A DNA stretch of 64,000 nt, from assembly GCA_030587475.2 (NCBI GenBank), contig JAUQYZ020000078.1, forward strand, positions 1-64,000. Reading direction: 5' to 3'. Within the stretch, counting starts at the first letter, position 1. The number at the start of each line of letters is the position of its first letter. The notes beneath the pieces are model-generated. The model made no database searches, had not been told where the DNA came from, and saw only the letters and a program-made list of their open reading frames with translations. Both the position numbers and the translations under genes were made by a program. This DNA is from Candidatus Sigynarchaeum calidifontis (GTDB taxonomy: Archaea; Asgardarchaeota; Lokiarchaeia; Sigyniarchaeales; Sigyniarchaeaceae). Below, piece after piece: positions 47,044 through 57,146 of this stretch.

Positions 47044-48594
47044 ATGGCTGGAAAAAAGATACTCGTTATTGACAGTGGCGGTTCTGGTATCCGCGCGATG
47101 ATTTTCGACGATAGAGGCCAGATTGTAGCGCGGGAATACGAAAAAACGCCGCACACCACGCCAGAACCGGGTGCGGTGGAACACGATCCGGAAATGCTGT
47201 GGCAAGCGTTACTCTCGGTCAGCAAACGATTGCTCGCATCGCAGAAAGATGCCTCCAAGGATATCGTGGCGATGGGCCTCTGCAACCAGCGGGGGAGCTT
47301 CGTCCTCTGGGAAAAAGCAACGGGCCAGCCCATCACGAATCTTATCAATTGGGCAGACGTTCGCGCTGCGAAAACGTGCGATGCCATGAACCATGACAAA
47401 AAATGGCTCAAGCTCAAGGGCTTGGCGAAATTTGCGAGTATTCTTACGCGCAAAACCATGTTCACGGCGACATCCCTCCTTAATTTTACCACGGATCATG
47501 CGAGCATCCGGTTGAAATGGCTGCTCGACAAGGAGCCCGGTCTACGGGCGCGTTGCAAGGCGGGCGAGGTCAAGTTCGGCACGCTCGACACGTGGTTCAT
47601 CCACAAGCTCACGGGCGGGAAGGTGCACGCTTCCGATGTCACGAACGCCGGGGCGACGGGCCTTTATAATCCATTCGATCTCAAGTGGAACAAGATCTTT
47701 TTCGACTTGTTCGACATCGACGCGAGCTTGTTTCCCGAGGTCAAGGATTCCAACGGAGATTTCGGCACGACCGACCCAGCAGCGTTTGATGGCTTGTCCA
47801 TCCCGATCCGCGCGGCGGCCGGAGACCAGATGGCTGCCCTCTTCGGCCAACAATGCTTTGATCCAGGGTTGGTGAAGATATCGCAAGGTTCGGGCGCGTT
47901 CGTCGATCTCAACGTTGGCCCGAAGCCAAAACTTTCGAAGCGCGGCTTGTTGCCGATGATCTCGTGGCGCATCAACGGCAAGGTGAATTACTTGCTCGAG
48001 GGAATCGTGGCAACGGCGGGCACCTTGATCGACTGGCTTGGCAGCGGCATAGGCTTGTCCGACACGCCCAAGGTGCTCAACGAACTCGCCGCCGAATGCA
48101 CTGACACGGCCGGCGTTACTTTCGTCCCGGCCAACGCGGGGATACGGTTCCCGTATTTCAACCCGGAAGCCAGGGGTTGCATCTTCGGCCTCACGCTCGC
48201 CACGCACAAGAGGCACGTCGCCCGTGCCGTGCTCGAGGGCATTGCCTTGTCGCTCTACGATGTCATTCACGGCATGGAAGTCGACACTAAGGTGCCCATC
48301 AAGACTATCAAGGTCGACGGCGGCGTGTCAAAATCTGACATCCTATTGCAATGCCTGGCGGATTTCGCGAACATCAAGGTGATGCGGGCTCCAGAACCGG
48401 ACATGACGGCGACGGGCATCGCCTACCTGGCGGGCCTTGGGGCGGGTATCTGGAAAGATCTCGATGATCTCAAGAAGATCGAGCAGAAATACCAGACATT
48501 CGAGCCCAAGATGAGCGACGCCGACCGCCAGAAGAAGCTCGCGGAGTGGAAAAAAGCTATCCGCGCGGTCCTGGATGTCTATTCTACCAAGTAA
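47044..48594 (+). CDS. glpK: FGGY-family glycerol kinase, GK5-like
   Basis: [29 protein letters not shown]; insert after WADVRA resembles GK5. Confidence 0.85.
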   Translation: MAGKKILVIDSGGSGIRAMIFDDRGQIVAREYEKTPHTTPEPGAVEHDPEMLWQALLSVSKRLLASQKDASKDIVAMGLCNQRGSFVLWEKATGQPITNLINWADVRAAKTCDAMNHDKKWLKLKGLAKFASILTRKTMFTATSLLNFTTDHASIRLKWLLDKEPGLRARCKAGEVKFGTLDTWFIHKLTGGKVHASDVTNAGATGLYNPFDLKWNKIFFDLFDIDASLFPEVKDSNGDFGTTDPAAFDGLSIPIRAAAGDQMAALFGQQCFDPGLVKISQGSGAFVDLNVGPKPKLSKRGLLPMISWRINGKVNYLLEGIVATAGTLIDWLGSGIGLSDTPKVLNELAAECTDTAGVTFVPANAGIRFPYFNPEARGCIFGLTLATHKRHVARAVLEGIALSLYDVIHGMEVDTKVPIKTIKVDGGVSKSDILLQCLADFANIKVMRAPEPDMTATGIAYLAGLGAGIWKDLDDLKKIEQKYQTFEPKMSDADRQKKLAEWKKAIRAVLDVYSTK

Positions 48595-48609
48595 TTTTCC
48601 CTTTTTTAT

Positions 48610-49584
48610 CTACCAACCTTCTTTCAAGCCGAGGTCGACGAGCTGGCCATACACGAGTGCCACGATGATATTGACGAGCATGTCGGTAGGCAGCTTGTCC
48701 GTGCGGGACGGCGCGATCTCTTTAAGGAAATCTTCGACGACGTGGCGTACTCCACCACCCTCTTCGAATTTTCGCTTCACGTAATCCTTGAAAAACGTCG
48801 TGAATTCGAGGTTCTCGGTCAACACTTGCATCACGGCATCTTTCCCCTTCACGGCGCCGAAATGGCAGTATCCGACAGCATCGGGCTTGAGATCGATGAT
48901 TTTTTGCAAGCTCCTGAGATAGGTGGTGGTGCTATACTCTGGTGGCATCGACGTGCCAAAGGTGACGAGCTTGGTCGAGTTGAACAGCGTGCCTGCAGCC
49001 TCGGCACAGAACACGAACGAGGCGTGCCCGTCGTTCTCGAGCAGCGTGGGGCAGCAGTGGTCGTCGGTATGCCCAGGCGTCGAAACGAGCTGGAACGATT
49101 TTCCCCGTTCGAGCCCCGGGATCGGCAAAGGCGTGTCCGGGTCGACGATCTCGTATGCCTCCTCTGGAAGAGGGCGCATCTCGCCGACGAACTCGCCGAA
49201 CGTGCGCCGCGCGTGCTGCACGTGAACCGCGGGGTTTTGCAGCCGGTCGTGCGTCTTTCGGGTCGTGAGCACCTTGATGGCAGGGTTCTCTGCCTTGAGC
49301 ATTTCCCATAACTTCCATCCACCACCAAAATGGTCGAAATGATAGTGCGACGGGACGAGATATTTTATTTTTTCCTTGGAGGATATGCCTAATTTCTTCA
49401 TGAAGCGCAACAGTCTATAGACATCATCCGACGTGCCCGTATCGATGATGGCCACGGCTTCGGGGGTTTCAAGCACGAACGTGGAGATGAGTTTCTTGAC
49501 CGCATACGCTTGGATGTCGATGTGGTAGATCTCCTTGGTGAGTTTCCCAGAAGCAGTGATGATGGGGGATGGGGATGGTTCCAT
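48610..49584 (-). CDS. MBL-fold metallo-hydrolase
   Basis: IDTG, SHYHFDHFGG, TPGHT, YCHFG; ATG 49584 avoids overlap with the divergent gene. Confidence 0.9.
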   Translation of the reverse strand: MEPSPSPIITASGKLTKEIYHIDIQAYAVKKLISTFVLETPEAVAIIDTGTSDDVYRLLRFMKKLGISSKEKIKYLVPSHYHFDHFGGGWKLWEMLKAENPAIKVLTTRKTHDRLQNPAVHVQHARRTFGEFVGEMRPLPEEAYEIVDPDTPLPIPGLERGKSFQLVSTPGHTDDHCCPTLLENDGHASFVFCAEAAGTLFNSTKLVTFGTSMPPEYSTTTYLRSLQKIIDLKPDAVGYCHFGAVKGKDAVMQVLTENLEFTTFFKDYVKRKFEEGGGVRHVVEDFLKEIAPSRTDKLPTDMLVNIIVALVYGQLVDLGLKEGW

Positions 49585-49648
49585 GGTTGCTAATAGGCGC
49601 GCGTCGATTATTAATCGTCCCGAATGGATAAGTAAGTCGACAGATACC

Positions 49649-51979
49649 ATGAACCTCGCGCCGATCCGGTCTTTCACCCGCACGGGCGCCGTGGCCGCAG
49701 CGTGCTTCTTACTCGGCATCCTTTTCTTGACCGACAATTTCCTCATTCCCCAGGGCAATTATCTCGTGTTCGGCATCTCGCTGGGGATAGGCGTGCTTTT
49801 GCCACTATTCCTGGGCATCAACAAGGCGGTGGCAAGGTGGGCATTGGTTTTATCTTCCAGCGTTGCTGCATTTGTCACGTTGCTCTTGATCAGCGGTTTC
49901 ACGCTCTCCGTGGCGCTTGCCATACTCTTCGTGGCCTTGCCTTCTGTCGTCGTGTTCGGGTTTTCCCAATCGTTGATGGGCGGAGGTGATCCCGCGTTGT
50001 GGCGCAAGAGGTTCGTCACCATGGCTCTCGCGTTGTGCTTCGTCGTGCTCGCCAGGTCGATCAAGATCGCCCCGTTGGCGACGTGGAACGGGTTGTACAC
50101 GATTGCTGGCCTGTTCATAGCAAACGCGATCGTTAGCGGGATGAAAGCCGATAATGACGGCGATCACGCAAGCATCGATGGAAATGCCGATGACTCGTCA
50201 TCTCACCCGCTCGGAATGAAGGGTTGGACGTATTTCATCGCCGGGATCGCCTTGGCATGCATGATCGGGGTGATCGCGTTCGTACCAGGGTTCCTTGGCG
50301 ATTTTGCGTGGGTGGACCCGAACCCGATAGCGCCAGGCGTGCCAAGGGATGTCATCGAACGGCCGTGGTCCCCGTGGGACACGATCGCCATCATTGCAAC
50401 GGGCGTGGTGTTAGCATGCTCGGTCTTGTGGTACTTGCAACGCAAGCCCGGGCGATCGTTGCTCGTGAGCACGTGCATGTTCTCGGGATTTTGCGCCGCG
50501 TGGTTGATGGCGTGGTCAAGCGCGACGATACCCTTCTATGTATGGTCGTTGATTGGCATCCCGTGCTATCTGGGTGCAATAGCGAGCTTGTTGCTCTTCA
50601 TCGCAAAGTGGTTCAAGCCCCCGCGACCGGACGCATGGCGAATGGGGGAGCGGTCCGTAGTCGGCGGGATGACTCGCCGCGCATGGCTTATAGCAATACC
50701 CTTCCTCGGGTCCACGGTAGCCGGGCTCATGTTCCGCGATATCTTCAATTGGAGCATGTTTCTCGTTCCAGTCATGGTCATCATTCCCGTGATCACCGGC
50801 ACCGCGATGCTGGTACAACTATGGATCTTGTATGCTGTACGCGGCCGATTTGTTCTCCTACCGGAAATGCCATTCGATGTCCCGAGAGCGGGGAGAAAAA
50901 GGCGCGTGAACGCCGCCATTGTCGCGTTTCTCGTCTTCGGTGGCATTTACACGGTTTCCTACGCTAGTTATCATGCGCACTTTTCTGGAAAAATGGCCTT
51001 CTTGTACGCATGGGGGGGTAGTATCGATAGCTGGGCACCGGACGTGGAAAGCAAGGTCACCCACGCAACCGTCTTCTCTCTTGATCTCAACACGACTACC
51101 GGCGTCGTGTCCAGCACATGGACGCCAGCTAACAACACGCCGTACCAAGCCCTCGGGATCAAGGTCATGCCGACGATCTTCCTCGGGTTCACCGACTTGT
51201 ACTTCATGCTCAAGAATGCAGGAGGGCGGCTCGATACATTCATCACGACATTGCGAGCAACCCTCGTGGCGACGGGCGTGGACGGCGTGTCCATCGATTT
51301 CGAGTTGCTGGAGAATCCTCCTGGTTTGCCTGCAGTAACGAACGAGGATTGGATCGTCGCATGGGAAAGGATAAGTGCTGAGGCATGCCATGCTGGCGGT
51401 GAAGACTTCATCCTCGGCGTCTACTGGCAGATCAACGGCCGCTACACGCGTGACCAGGTGAACCGGTATTTTCGTTCCGTCGATATTCACGTCGAGAACA
51501 TGTACGAGACGCACAAGCAAACTGGAAACCAAGGCAGCACGACCGTGATCGAGATATCGATAAGTAATATAATTGAAAGCTACGCGCTGCTCGACGACAA
51601 GGTCATGATGGCCAAAATAATGCCTGGTTTGCCCGTATACCATTACATCTGGATCGACGGCGTTAAGGGCGCGCTGAACGAGTCGCTCATCGTGCCCGGC
51701 GGCAGCTGGTGGTGGTTCCACTCGTATACGACGCTAGAGCAAGTTATGGTCACGAACGGTGCCACGTTCCGCTGGGACCCGTTCAGCGGGGCGACGTGGG
51801 CCCGGTTCACGATGACGCTGCAAGACAACCGCACGGTCACGGTCGTCGCATACTTGCACGACACCGCCCACCTGGCCCGCACCATGCACGTGATGGAAGG
51901 ATACGGCATCACCGGCATTATGCTCTGGCCCGCGCACCAGCCCGTGCCGCCGGGCTTCATTGAAACCTTTTACCCGTGA
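49649..51979 (+). CDS. 12+1 TM membrane domain fused to a C-terminal GH18 (chitinase-like) domain
   Basis: 13 hydrophobic segments, then GVDGVSIDFE, NMYE, PGLPVY, G.TGIMLW. Confidence 0.75.
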   Translation: MNLAPIRSFTRTGAVAAACFLLGILFLTDNFLIPQGNYLVFGISLGIGVLLPLFLGINKAVARWALVLSSSVAAFVTLLLISGFTLSVALAILFVALPSVVVFGFSQSLMGGGDPALWRKRFVTMALALCFVVLARSIKIAPLATWNGLYTIAGLFIANAIVSGMKADNDGDHASIDGNADDSSSHPLGMKGWTYFIAGIALACMIGVIAFVPGFLGDFAWVDPNPIAPGVPRDVIERPWSPWDTIAIIATGVVLACSVLWYLQRKPGRSLLVSTCMFSGFCAAWLMAWSSATIPFYVWSLIGIPCYLGAIASLLLFIAKWFKPPRPDAWRMGERSVVGGMTRRAWLIAIPFLGSTVAGLMFRDIFNWSMFLVPVMVIIPVITGTAMLVQLWILYAVRGRFVLLPEMPFDVPRAGRKRRVNAAIVAFLVFGGIYTVSYASYHAHFSGKMAFLYAWGGSIDSWAPDVESKVTHATVFSLDLNTTTGVVSSTWTPANNTPYQALGIKVMPTIFLGFTDLYFMLKNAGGRLDTFITTLRATLVATGVDGVSIDFELLENPPGLPAVTNEDWIVAWERISAEACHAGGEDFILGVYWQINGRYTRDQVNRYFRSVDIHVENMYETHKQTGNQGSTTVIEISISNIIESYALLDDKVMMAKIMPGLPVYHYIWIDGVKGALNESLIVPGGSWWWFHSYTTLEQVMVTNGATFRWDPFSGATWARFTMTLQDNRTVTVVAYLHDTAHLARTMHVMEGYGITGIMLWPAHQPVPPGFIETFYP

Positions 51980-51985
51980 AAGGCC

Positions 51986-52954
51986 ATGCCAAATCCCATT
52001 CCGAACATCATATTCGTACTTTTCACGAGCAACGAACGTCAATTAGTCACACCGGCATCGCGTGGCTACAACGGGAGCGCGTGCCTCGCGGGTGCATCAT
52101 GGGCCACCAATTTCGTGTCGCTCTTATCCAGCAGCGTCCCGTCGCACCATCGCGTCTGGGGTAGCGATGGCAAGGTGGGCATCCACGTCGATCCCCTCCC
52201 CGTTCCTTTGAAAAAGGCTGGCTACCGTGCAGCGTTCATAGGCCCCCACGAAGCGAGCAAGCTAGCGGCACAGTGCGGTTTCGATGACCCTATAATAGTC
52301 CAAGACGGGGACGGCTATGGTGAAGCGACGGCCATCATCGAGCGCCATCATGGCAATCCCGTATTCTTGACGTGCATCGCACGAGAGAAACCATCACGAT
52401 GGCAAGGATTTGCCCCGCAACTCGCGGCGCGCAAGGGATCGCCTGGTATCGTCTTGCTGACAAGTATCGTACCCCCATCAATGCCGGGCAATGCTTTAAT
52501 CACGAAACCAGACGACCTTTCATCACCCTTTATTTTTTATCCTAATGAAGGTGGCAAGCGCGTCAATGGATTCGCACATCTCTGGTCGATCATCGATATA
52601 GCGCCGTCGTTGCTCGGCTTGCTCGGTGTCAAGGCACCGTACACGATGGTGGGCAAGGACATGCACCAGCTCTGGCTCGGGAAAACTCGGAAGTCGATCC
52701 GCTTTCCACGCAACCGGTGCCTATTCGATCATGCCGACGGGTCGAAGACCATGTGGAACGGCCGGTACTTGCTTTCTGTTCATCCGGGTACGGAAACCGG
52801 TGAGATATTCGATTTATATCAAGATAATGGCACGGCAAGGAATTTATGGGACGATCCATCGGCCGTGTCCGTTAAAAGCAGGTTGTTGCTGGAGCTGTTA
52901 TGGGCCCAGCTCGACAAGGAATGCACGCCGATGCCTCGCATAGCCGGAGCGTGA
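51986..52954 (+). CDS. Degenerate sulfatase-fold protein (catalytic motif lost)
   Basis: PNIIFV, AGYRAAFIG, IDIAPSLL, GEIFDL; no CxPxR. Confidence 0.7.
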   Translation: MPNPIPNIIFVLFTSNERQLVTPASRGYNGSACLAGASWATNFVSLLSSSVPSHHRVWGSDGKVGIHVDPLPVPLKKAGYRAAFIGPHEASKLAAQCGFDDPIIVQDGDGYGEATAIIERHHGNPVFLTCIAREKPSRWQGFAPQLAARKGSPGIVLLTSIVPPSMPGNALITKPDDLSSPFIFYPNEGGKRVNGFAHLWSIIDIAPSLLGLLGVKAPYTMVGKDMHQLWLGKTRKSIRFPRNRCLFDHADGSKTMWNGRYLLSVHPGTETGEIFDLYQDNGTARNLWDDPSAVSVKSRLLLELLWAQLDKECTPMPRIAGA

Positions 52955-52959
52955 AAACA

Positions 52960-54543
52960 ATGCCGAGACCGAACATCCTCCTCATCACGACCGACCAGCA
53001 CCACCGGTCGGTGCTCGGCTTCAACGATCCCGCGGTGATCACGCCGAACATCGACAAGCTCGCGCGGGAAGGCACGGTGTTCACGCGAGCGTACTGCCCG
53101 AACCCGACGTGCACGCCGACCCGAGCGTCGATCATCACGGGCCAGTATCCCAGCCAGCATGGTGCATGGTCGCTCGGTACCAAGCTGCTGGACGACGTCC
53201 CGACGATCGGCGACGAGCTGCGAAAGGCCGGGTACCGCACGGCGTTGATCGGGAAGGCACATTTCGAGCCGCTGAAGTCGACAGACGAGTTCAAGTCGCT
53301 GGAATCCTATCCCATCATGCAAGACCTGGATTTCTGGCGAAAATTCCACGGGCCATATTACGGGTTCGAATATATCGAATTAGCTCGAAACCACACTGAC
53401 GAGGCGCATGTCGGGCAGCATTACGCGATCTGGATGGAGGAGAAGGGCTGCAATAACTGGCGGGATTATTTCGTGAAGCCGACCGGCACGCGAACCTACG
53501 TCGACAGGTACCGGGATGCGCCGCTCTGGCCGATCCCGGAGGAATACCATTACAACAAGTGGATCGCCGAGGCAAGCAATAAAAAGCTCGAAGAGTATGC
53601 GCGGAACAATGAACCGTTTTTCTTGTGGGCGAGTTTCCTCGACCCGCACGCGCCCCGCATCGTGCCAGATCCCTGGCACAAGATGTACGACCCGGCCACG
53701 GTCGACGTGCCGGAACCCGCCCCGGGCGAGCACGACAAGAACCCGCCGCACTTTCGCTTCGCCCAGAAGACCCCCTCTTCGCCCAGCCGCTTCAAGCGGT
53801 TCTTGCACGCGGCCAAATCGCTGCTGAGTAGCTTCGCGGTCGCAAAATACTACGCCGATTTCAAGAAGCACGGCGTTCCTATACAAGGGCTTCACGGCGT
53901 GCATCCGCACCTCTACGACAAGGCCCGGCTCGCCAGGGAAATCGCTGCATACCGCGGCATGGTGTCGTTGATCGACAAGTACATGGGGGAAATCCTGCAC
54001 CAGCTCGACCGGCTCGGGCTCGCGGAAAGCACGATCGTGGTGTTCACGACCGACCACGGGGACTTCTTCGGCCAGCATGGCCTGATCACGAAAGGCCCAT
54101 TCCACTACGAAGACTTGTTGCGCATCCCGCTCGTCGTGCGCTATCCGGGCAAGGTGGCAGCCGGCAAGACGTCCGACGCATTGCAATCGCTCGTCGACCT
54201 GGCACCCACCTTCTTGTCGCTGCTCGGTATACCCATCCCCTCCTTGATGTCCGGCGTCGACCAGGCCGGCGTGTGGACGGGCAAGGTTGGCTCGGCGCGT
54301 GATCACGTGCTCGTCGAGATGCACCACTCGCCCTCCCTAATCCACTTGAAAACGCTCGTCGACCGGCGGTACAAGATCACGGTCTACAACGAATCGATCC
54401 TCGGCGAGCTGTTCGATCTGCAAGAGGATCCCGGCGAGAAGCGCAACTTGTGGTCGGATCCCGCGTTCTCGGAGCTGAAGCACCAGATGCTCTTCAAGCT
54501 CGTACAAGCCGAGCTCGAAAAGGATATGAAATTGAGGAATTAA
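52960..54543 (+). CDS. Sulfatase (Cys-type formylglycine motif)
   Basis: PNILLITTDQH, CTPTRASIITG, GKAH, DPH, TTDHG, ELFDL..DP.E. Confidence 0.93.
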   Translation: MPRPNILLITTDQHHRSVLGFNDPAVITPNIDKLAREGTVFTRAYCPNPTCTPTRASIITGQYPSQHGAWSLGTKLLDDVPTIGDELRKAGYRTALIGKAHFEPLKSTDEFKSLESYPIMQDLDFWRKFHGPYYGFEYIELARNHTDEAHVGQHYAIWMEEKGCNNWRDYFVKPTGTRTYVDRYRDAPLWPIPEEYHYNKWIAEASNKKLEEYARNNEPFFLWASFLDPHAPRIVPDPWHKMYDPATVDVPEPAPGEHDKNPPHFRFAQKTPSSPSRFKRFLHAAKSLLSSFAVAKYYADFKKHGVPIQGLHGVHPHLYDKARLAREIAAYRGMVSLIDKYMGEILHQLDRLGLAESTIVVFTTDHGDFFGQHGLITKGPFHYEDLLRIPLVVRYPGKVAAGKTSDALQSLVDLAPTFLSLLGIPIPSLMSGVDQAGVWTGKVGSARDHVLVEMHHSPSLIHLKTLVDRRYKITVYNESILGELFDLQEDPGEKRNLWSDPAFSELKHQMLFKLVQAELEKDMKLRN

Positions 54544-54551
54544 AAAGGCGA

Positions 54552-57062
54552 TCATTTGACTTCTCGCACGTATAACCTCATTCCACCGGTTCCTCTTAAT
54601 CGAAGCCGTTTCATAACCGCGCGCACGATGAGCCGGTACGCGATCAAGATCGTGGTGAGGAAAATCACGACACCCAGCACGAGCCCGTCCAGGAGCAAGG
54701 GAACGTCGAACGTCGCGACGGGGTCGATCGCGGGATCTCGCCTGACGATCGCGCCGTCCTTGATCGTCAAGAACGTTACCACGTAGACGAGCAGGCCCTT
54801 GATGGCGTTGATCATGAACCCGAGGACGAAGCAAATGACTATCACCGTGAGGTACGCGAACCCGCCGCCGATGTTATCCCGCGTGATGGCCCGTCGCACG
54901 TTCACGACGAGCGTTCCGAAATACTGGATGACGTACATGCCCGACACGAAGGCCCAGATGACGATGAGGCGCCCGGCCAGGATGAAGAGGATCCCGCCGA
55001 CCCCCAGGATCAAATTGGAGAGTAACAGGTAGTCGTTGGAGAATATCGTCGTCCAGTCGAACCGTGACCTTTCGGCGCTGCGCCGCTGCCATATCGCGAC
55101 CACGAGTATGATGCCAGCGGCCACGAGGGCCGGGATGTAGTGCATCGACACGGCCAGGAAGTTCGTGCGCACGAGATTGATGATCGAGTTCCCGAACGGG
55201 ATGAGGATTCCCGCGATGAGAGAGTTCATTACCATCATCATCTGGATCGGGATCTTGATCCTCCACCCTCCAAGCCTTGTTCTATAGCGTGGTAATCCCT
55301 CCAACGGCAATGGCACGCTCGGCTTGGCGGCTCGCCCCGCGAGGATTGCAAGCCCGACGGGGATCGCGAGGAAAGCGATCGCTAGCGTGTCGAAGGCCAG
55401 CACGAGGAGGAAAAAGCCGCCCGCGACTAGCACCGCTATGGTGATAACCCGCAAGAGATGCTCCACTTTGCACTTGATCGAGAACAACGCGACTGCCGCG
55501 ACGAACAAGAACAAGAGTGCCAGGTCGAAGAACGTGGTCACGAAGATCATCTGGTAATGGTTGCCGAGCGCGAGATAAGGGTAGAAGAGAAGTAATAGAA
55601 AGGCTGCTATCAAGATATAACGAGACAGGAACCGCAAGAATACGAGGCCAATGGCGATGCTGAATAGCAATATCGCGGCGAACGTGATGAGGATCTCCGT
55701 GGTGGAAAGCCCGAGGATGATCGCGTACGAGAAGGACTTCTGGATCACCCCGTAGACGCCAATGGTCAAGCTCGTCGCGACCGTCGAAAACAGGCCGCCA
55801 ATGGAGATCCCCAGAAGCACCTCGTTGTGCTTCATCTCGTTCAAGGACAATCCCGTACCCGCAGAACCATTCGTTCCTTCCTCTCGCCTTTTCTTGAAGG
55901 AAAAGCCGCTGCACAATGCAGGTGACCCGGGCCTCCGGATGATGAGCACGAGCATGACGATGCCGGTTGCCAAGGGAACGAGCGCCGGGAACGCGGGAAA
56001 GGCGATCGGCTGGATCACGTGAATCTTCTCGTATTCCGCCTTGATCGTGTCCTTGATGAGTATCGGGTTGAAGTCTTTCAAGTCCGGATTCGTCGCCGGG
56101 TCTTGATAATCCCAGATCCACCAGTACGCGCCCTTGAACCACGGCGCCGTCCAGATCTTCGACTGAAAGAGAGAGATGTAATAGTTACGCATCTCGTCGA
56201 TGTCTTTCTCCTCGGATATCTGGTTGTCGTTCGGGATTATGTTAGAACCGTCCTTGGCTTGGATGCCGATCTCGGTGAACGCGATTGGACGGTTCCATTT
56301 CAGCGCCAGCTCTTCCAGCTCGTAATACGAGCCGTCCCATATGGTCCGCAATTCCAATACTGACGGGTCCCAGGCGATGGTCATCATGGAATACATGCTG
56401 ATGCCGATCATGTCGACCGCATCCCACCAGTCGATGTGCGCGTAGGAGTCGTGGTTGGCCGAATAGGTGATTTTACCGTGGTAGACGGCGCGCACCTCGT
56501 TGATCAACTGCCGGACCTCGGCGGAATGCACCTGCATGTTTCCCATCTCGCAACCGATCGAGAACAGCTCGACGCCACCGGCCTCTGCGGCCTTGGCATT
56601 CTCGACAATCCACCACGTGTAATTCGCCATCCATTCGGTCGAAAAATGTATGTATGATCGCCAGTCGTAGACTTTCGCCAGGTTAAGCATCGGCTTGTAG
56701 AATACATGAAGCCCTTTTGAGGTAGCATTCCGAAAACAATCGGTCATGTTCGCGAATGTATCACTATATTTGCCCATTTTAATGTCGGTGCTGTTCAAGT
56801 AATCCTGCCACCACCAGTGGTTGATCGCGACCCATTCCACGCCGATAGATCTCATCTCGTCGAATTCTTGTGCGGTTGCTGTCGTGTTGAAAGAAGAATT
56901 AGTCCACGTGGTGAAACTCATGCCCTTCTGGAAGGGGATCCCAGCGCTGATACCGGACAGTGTTAGCAGTCTCGTGTTGAACGCTGCGATGTTGACGACG
57001 CTGCATGATAGCAAGGCGATCCCGGCTATCAGCGAGATGATTTTGGTTTGCTTGGCATCCAT
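54552..57062 (-). CDS. GH113 (beta-mannanase-like) domain fused to a 1+12 TM membrane domain
   Basis: KGMSF, KPML, WR..I, IGCEM, ITYSAN, WWDAVD, FTEIG, WFKGAYWW.W; then 13 hydrophobic segments. Confidence 0.8.
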   Translation of the reverse strand: MDAKQTKIISLIAGIALLSCSVVNIAAFNTRLLTLSGISAGIPFQKGMSFTTWTNSSFNTTATAQEFDEMRSIGVEWVAINHWWWQDYLNSTDIKMGKYSDTFANMTDCFRNATSKGLHVFYKPMLNLAKVYDWRSYIHFSTEWMANYTWWIVENAKAAEAGGVELFSIGCEMGNMQVHSAEVRQLINEVRAVYHGKITYSANHDSYAHIDWWDAVDMIGISMYSMMTIAWDPSVLELRTIWDGSYYELEELALKWNRPIAFTEIGIQAKDGSNIIPNDNQISEEKDIDEMRNYYISLFQSKIWTAPWFKGAYWWIWDYQDPATNPDLKDFNPILIKDTIKAEYEKIHVIQPIAFPAFPALVPLATGIVMLVLIIRRPGSPALCSGFSFKKRREEGTNGSAGTGLSLNEMKHNEVLLGISIGGLFSTVATSLTIGVYGVIQKSFSYAIILGLSTTEILITFAAILLFSIAIGLVFLRFLSRYILIAAFLLLLFYPYLALGNHYQMIFVTTFFDLALLFLFVAAVALFSIKCKVEHLLRVITIAVLVAGGFFLLVLAFDTLAIAFLAIPVGLAILAGRAAKPSVPLPLEGLPRYRTRLGGWRIKIPIQMMMVMNSLIAGILIPFGNSIINLVRTNFLAVSMHYIPALVAAGIILVVAIWQRRSAERSRFDWTTIFSNDYLLLSNLILGVGGILFILAGRLIVIWAFVSGMYVIQYFGTLVVNVRRAITRDNIGGGFAYLTVIVICFVLGFMINAIKGLLVYVVTFLTIKDGAIVRRDPAIDPVATFDVPLLLDGLVLGVVIFLTTILIAYRLIVRAVMKRLRLRGTGGMRLYVREVK

Positions 57063-57146
57063 CGATAGCCACTCGACTGATGTGAAAATCTCGTTGATCT
57101 ATGAAGCCAGATCCCCCTCAGACCAAATAAAGCGCGCCCTCCCGCG

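Noticed and set aside
49535-49758. Apparent head-to-head overlap of the MBL hydrolase and GH18-fusion ORFs
   Set aside because: Internal ATGs at 49584 (-) and 49649 (+) remove the overlap and leave a normal 64-bp divergent promoter.
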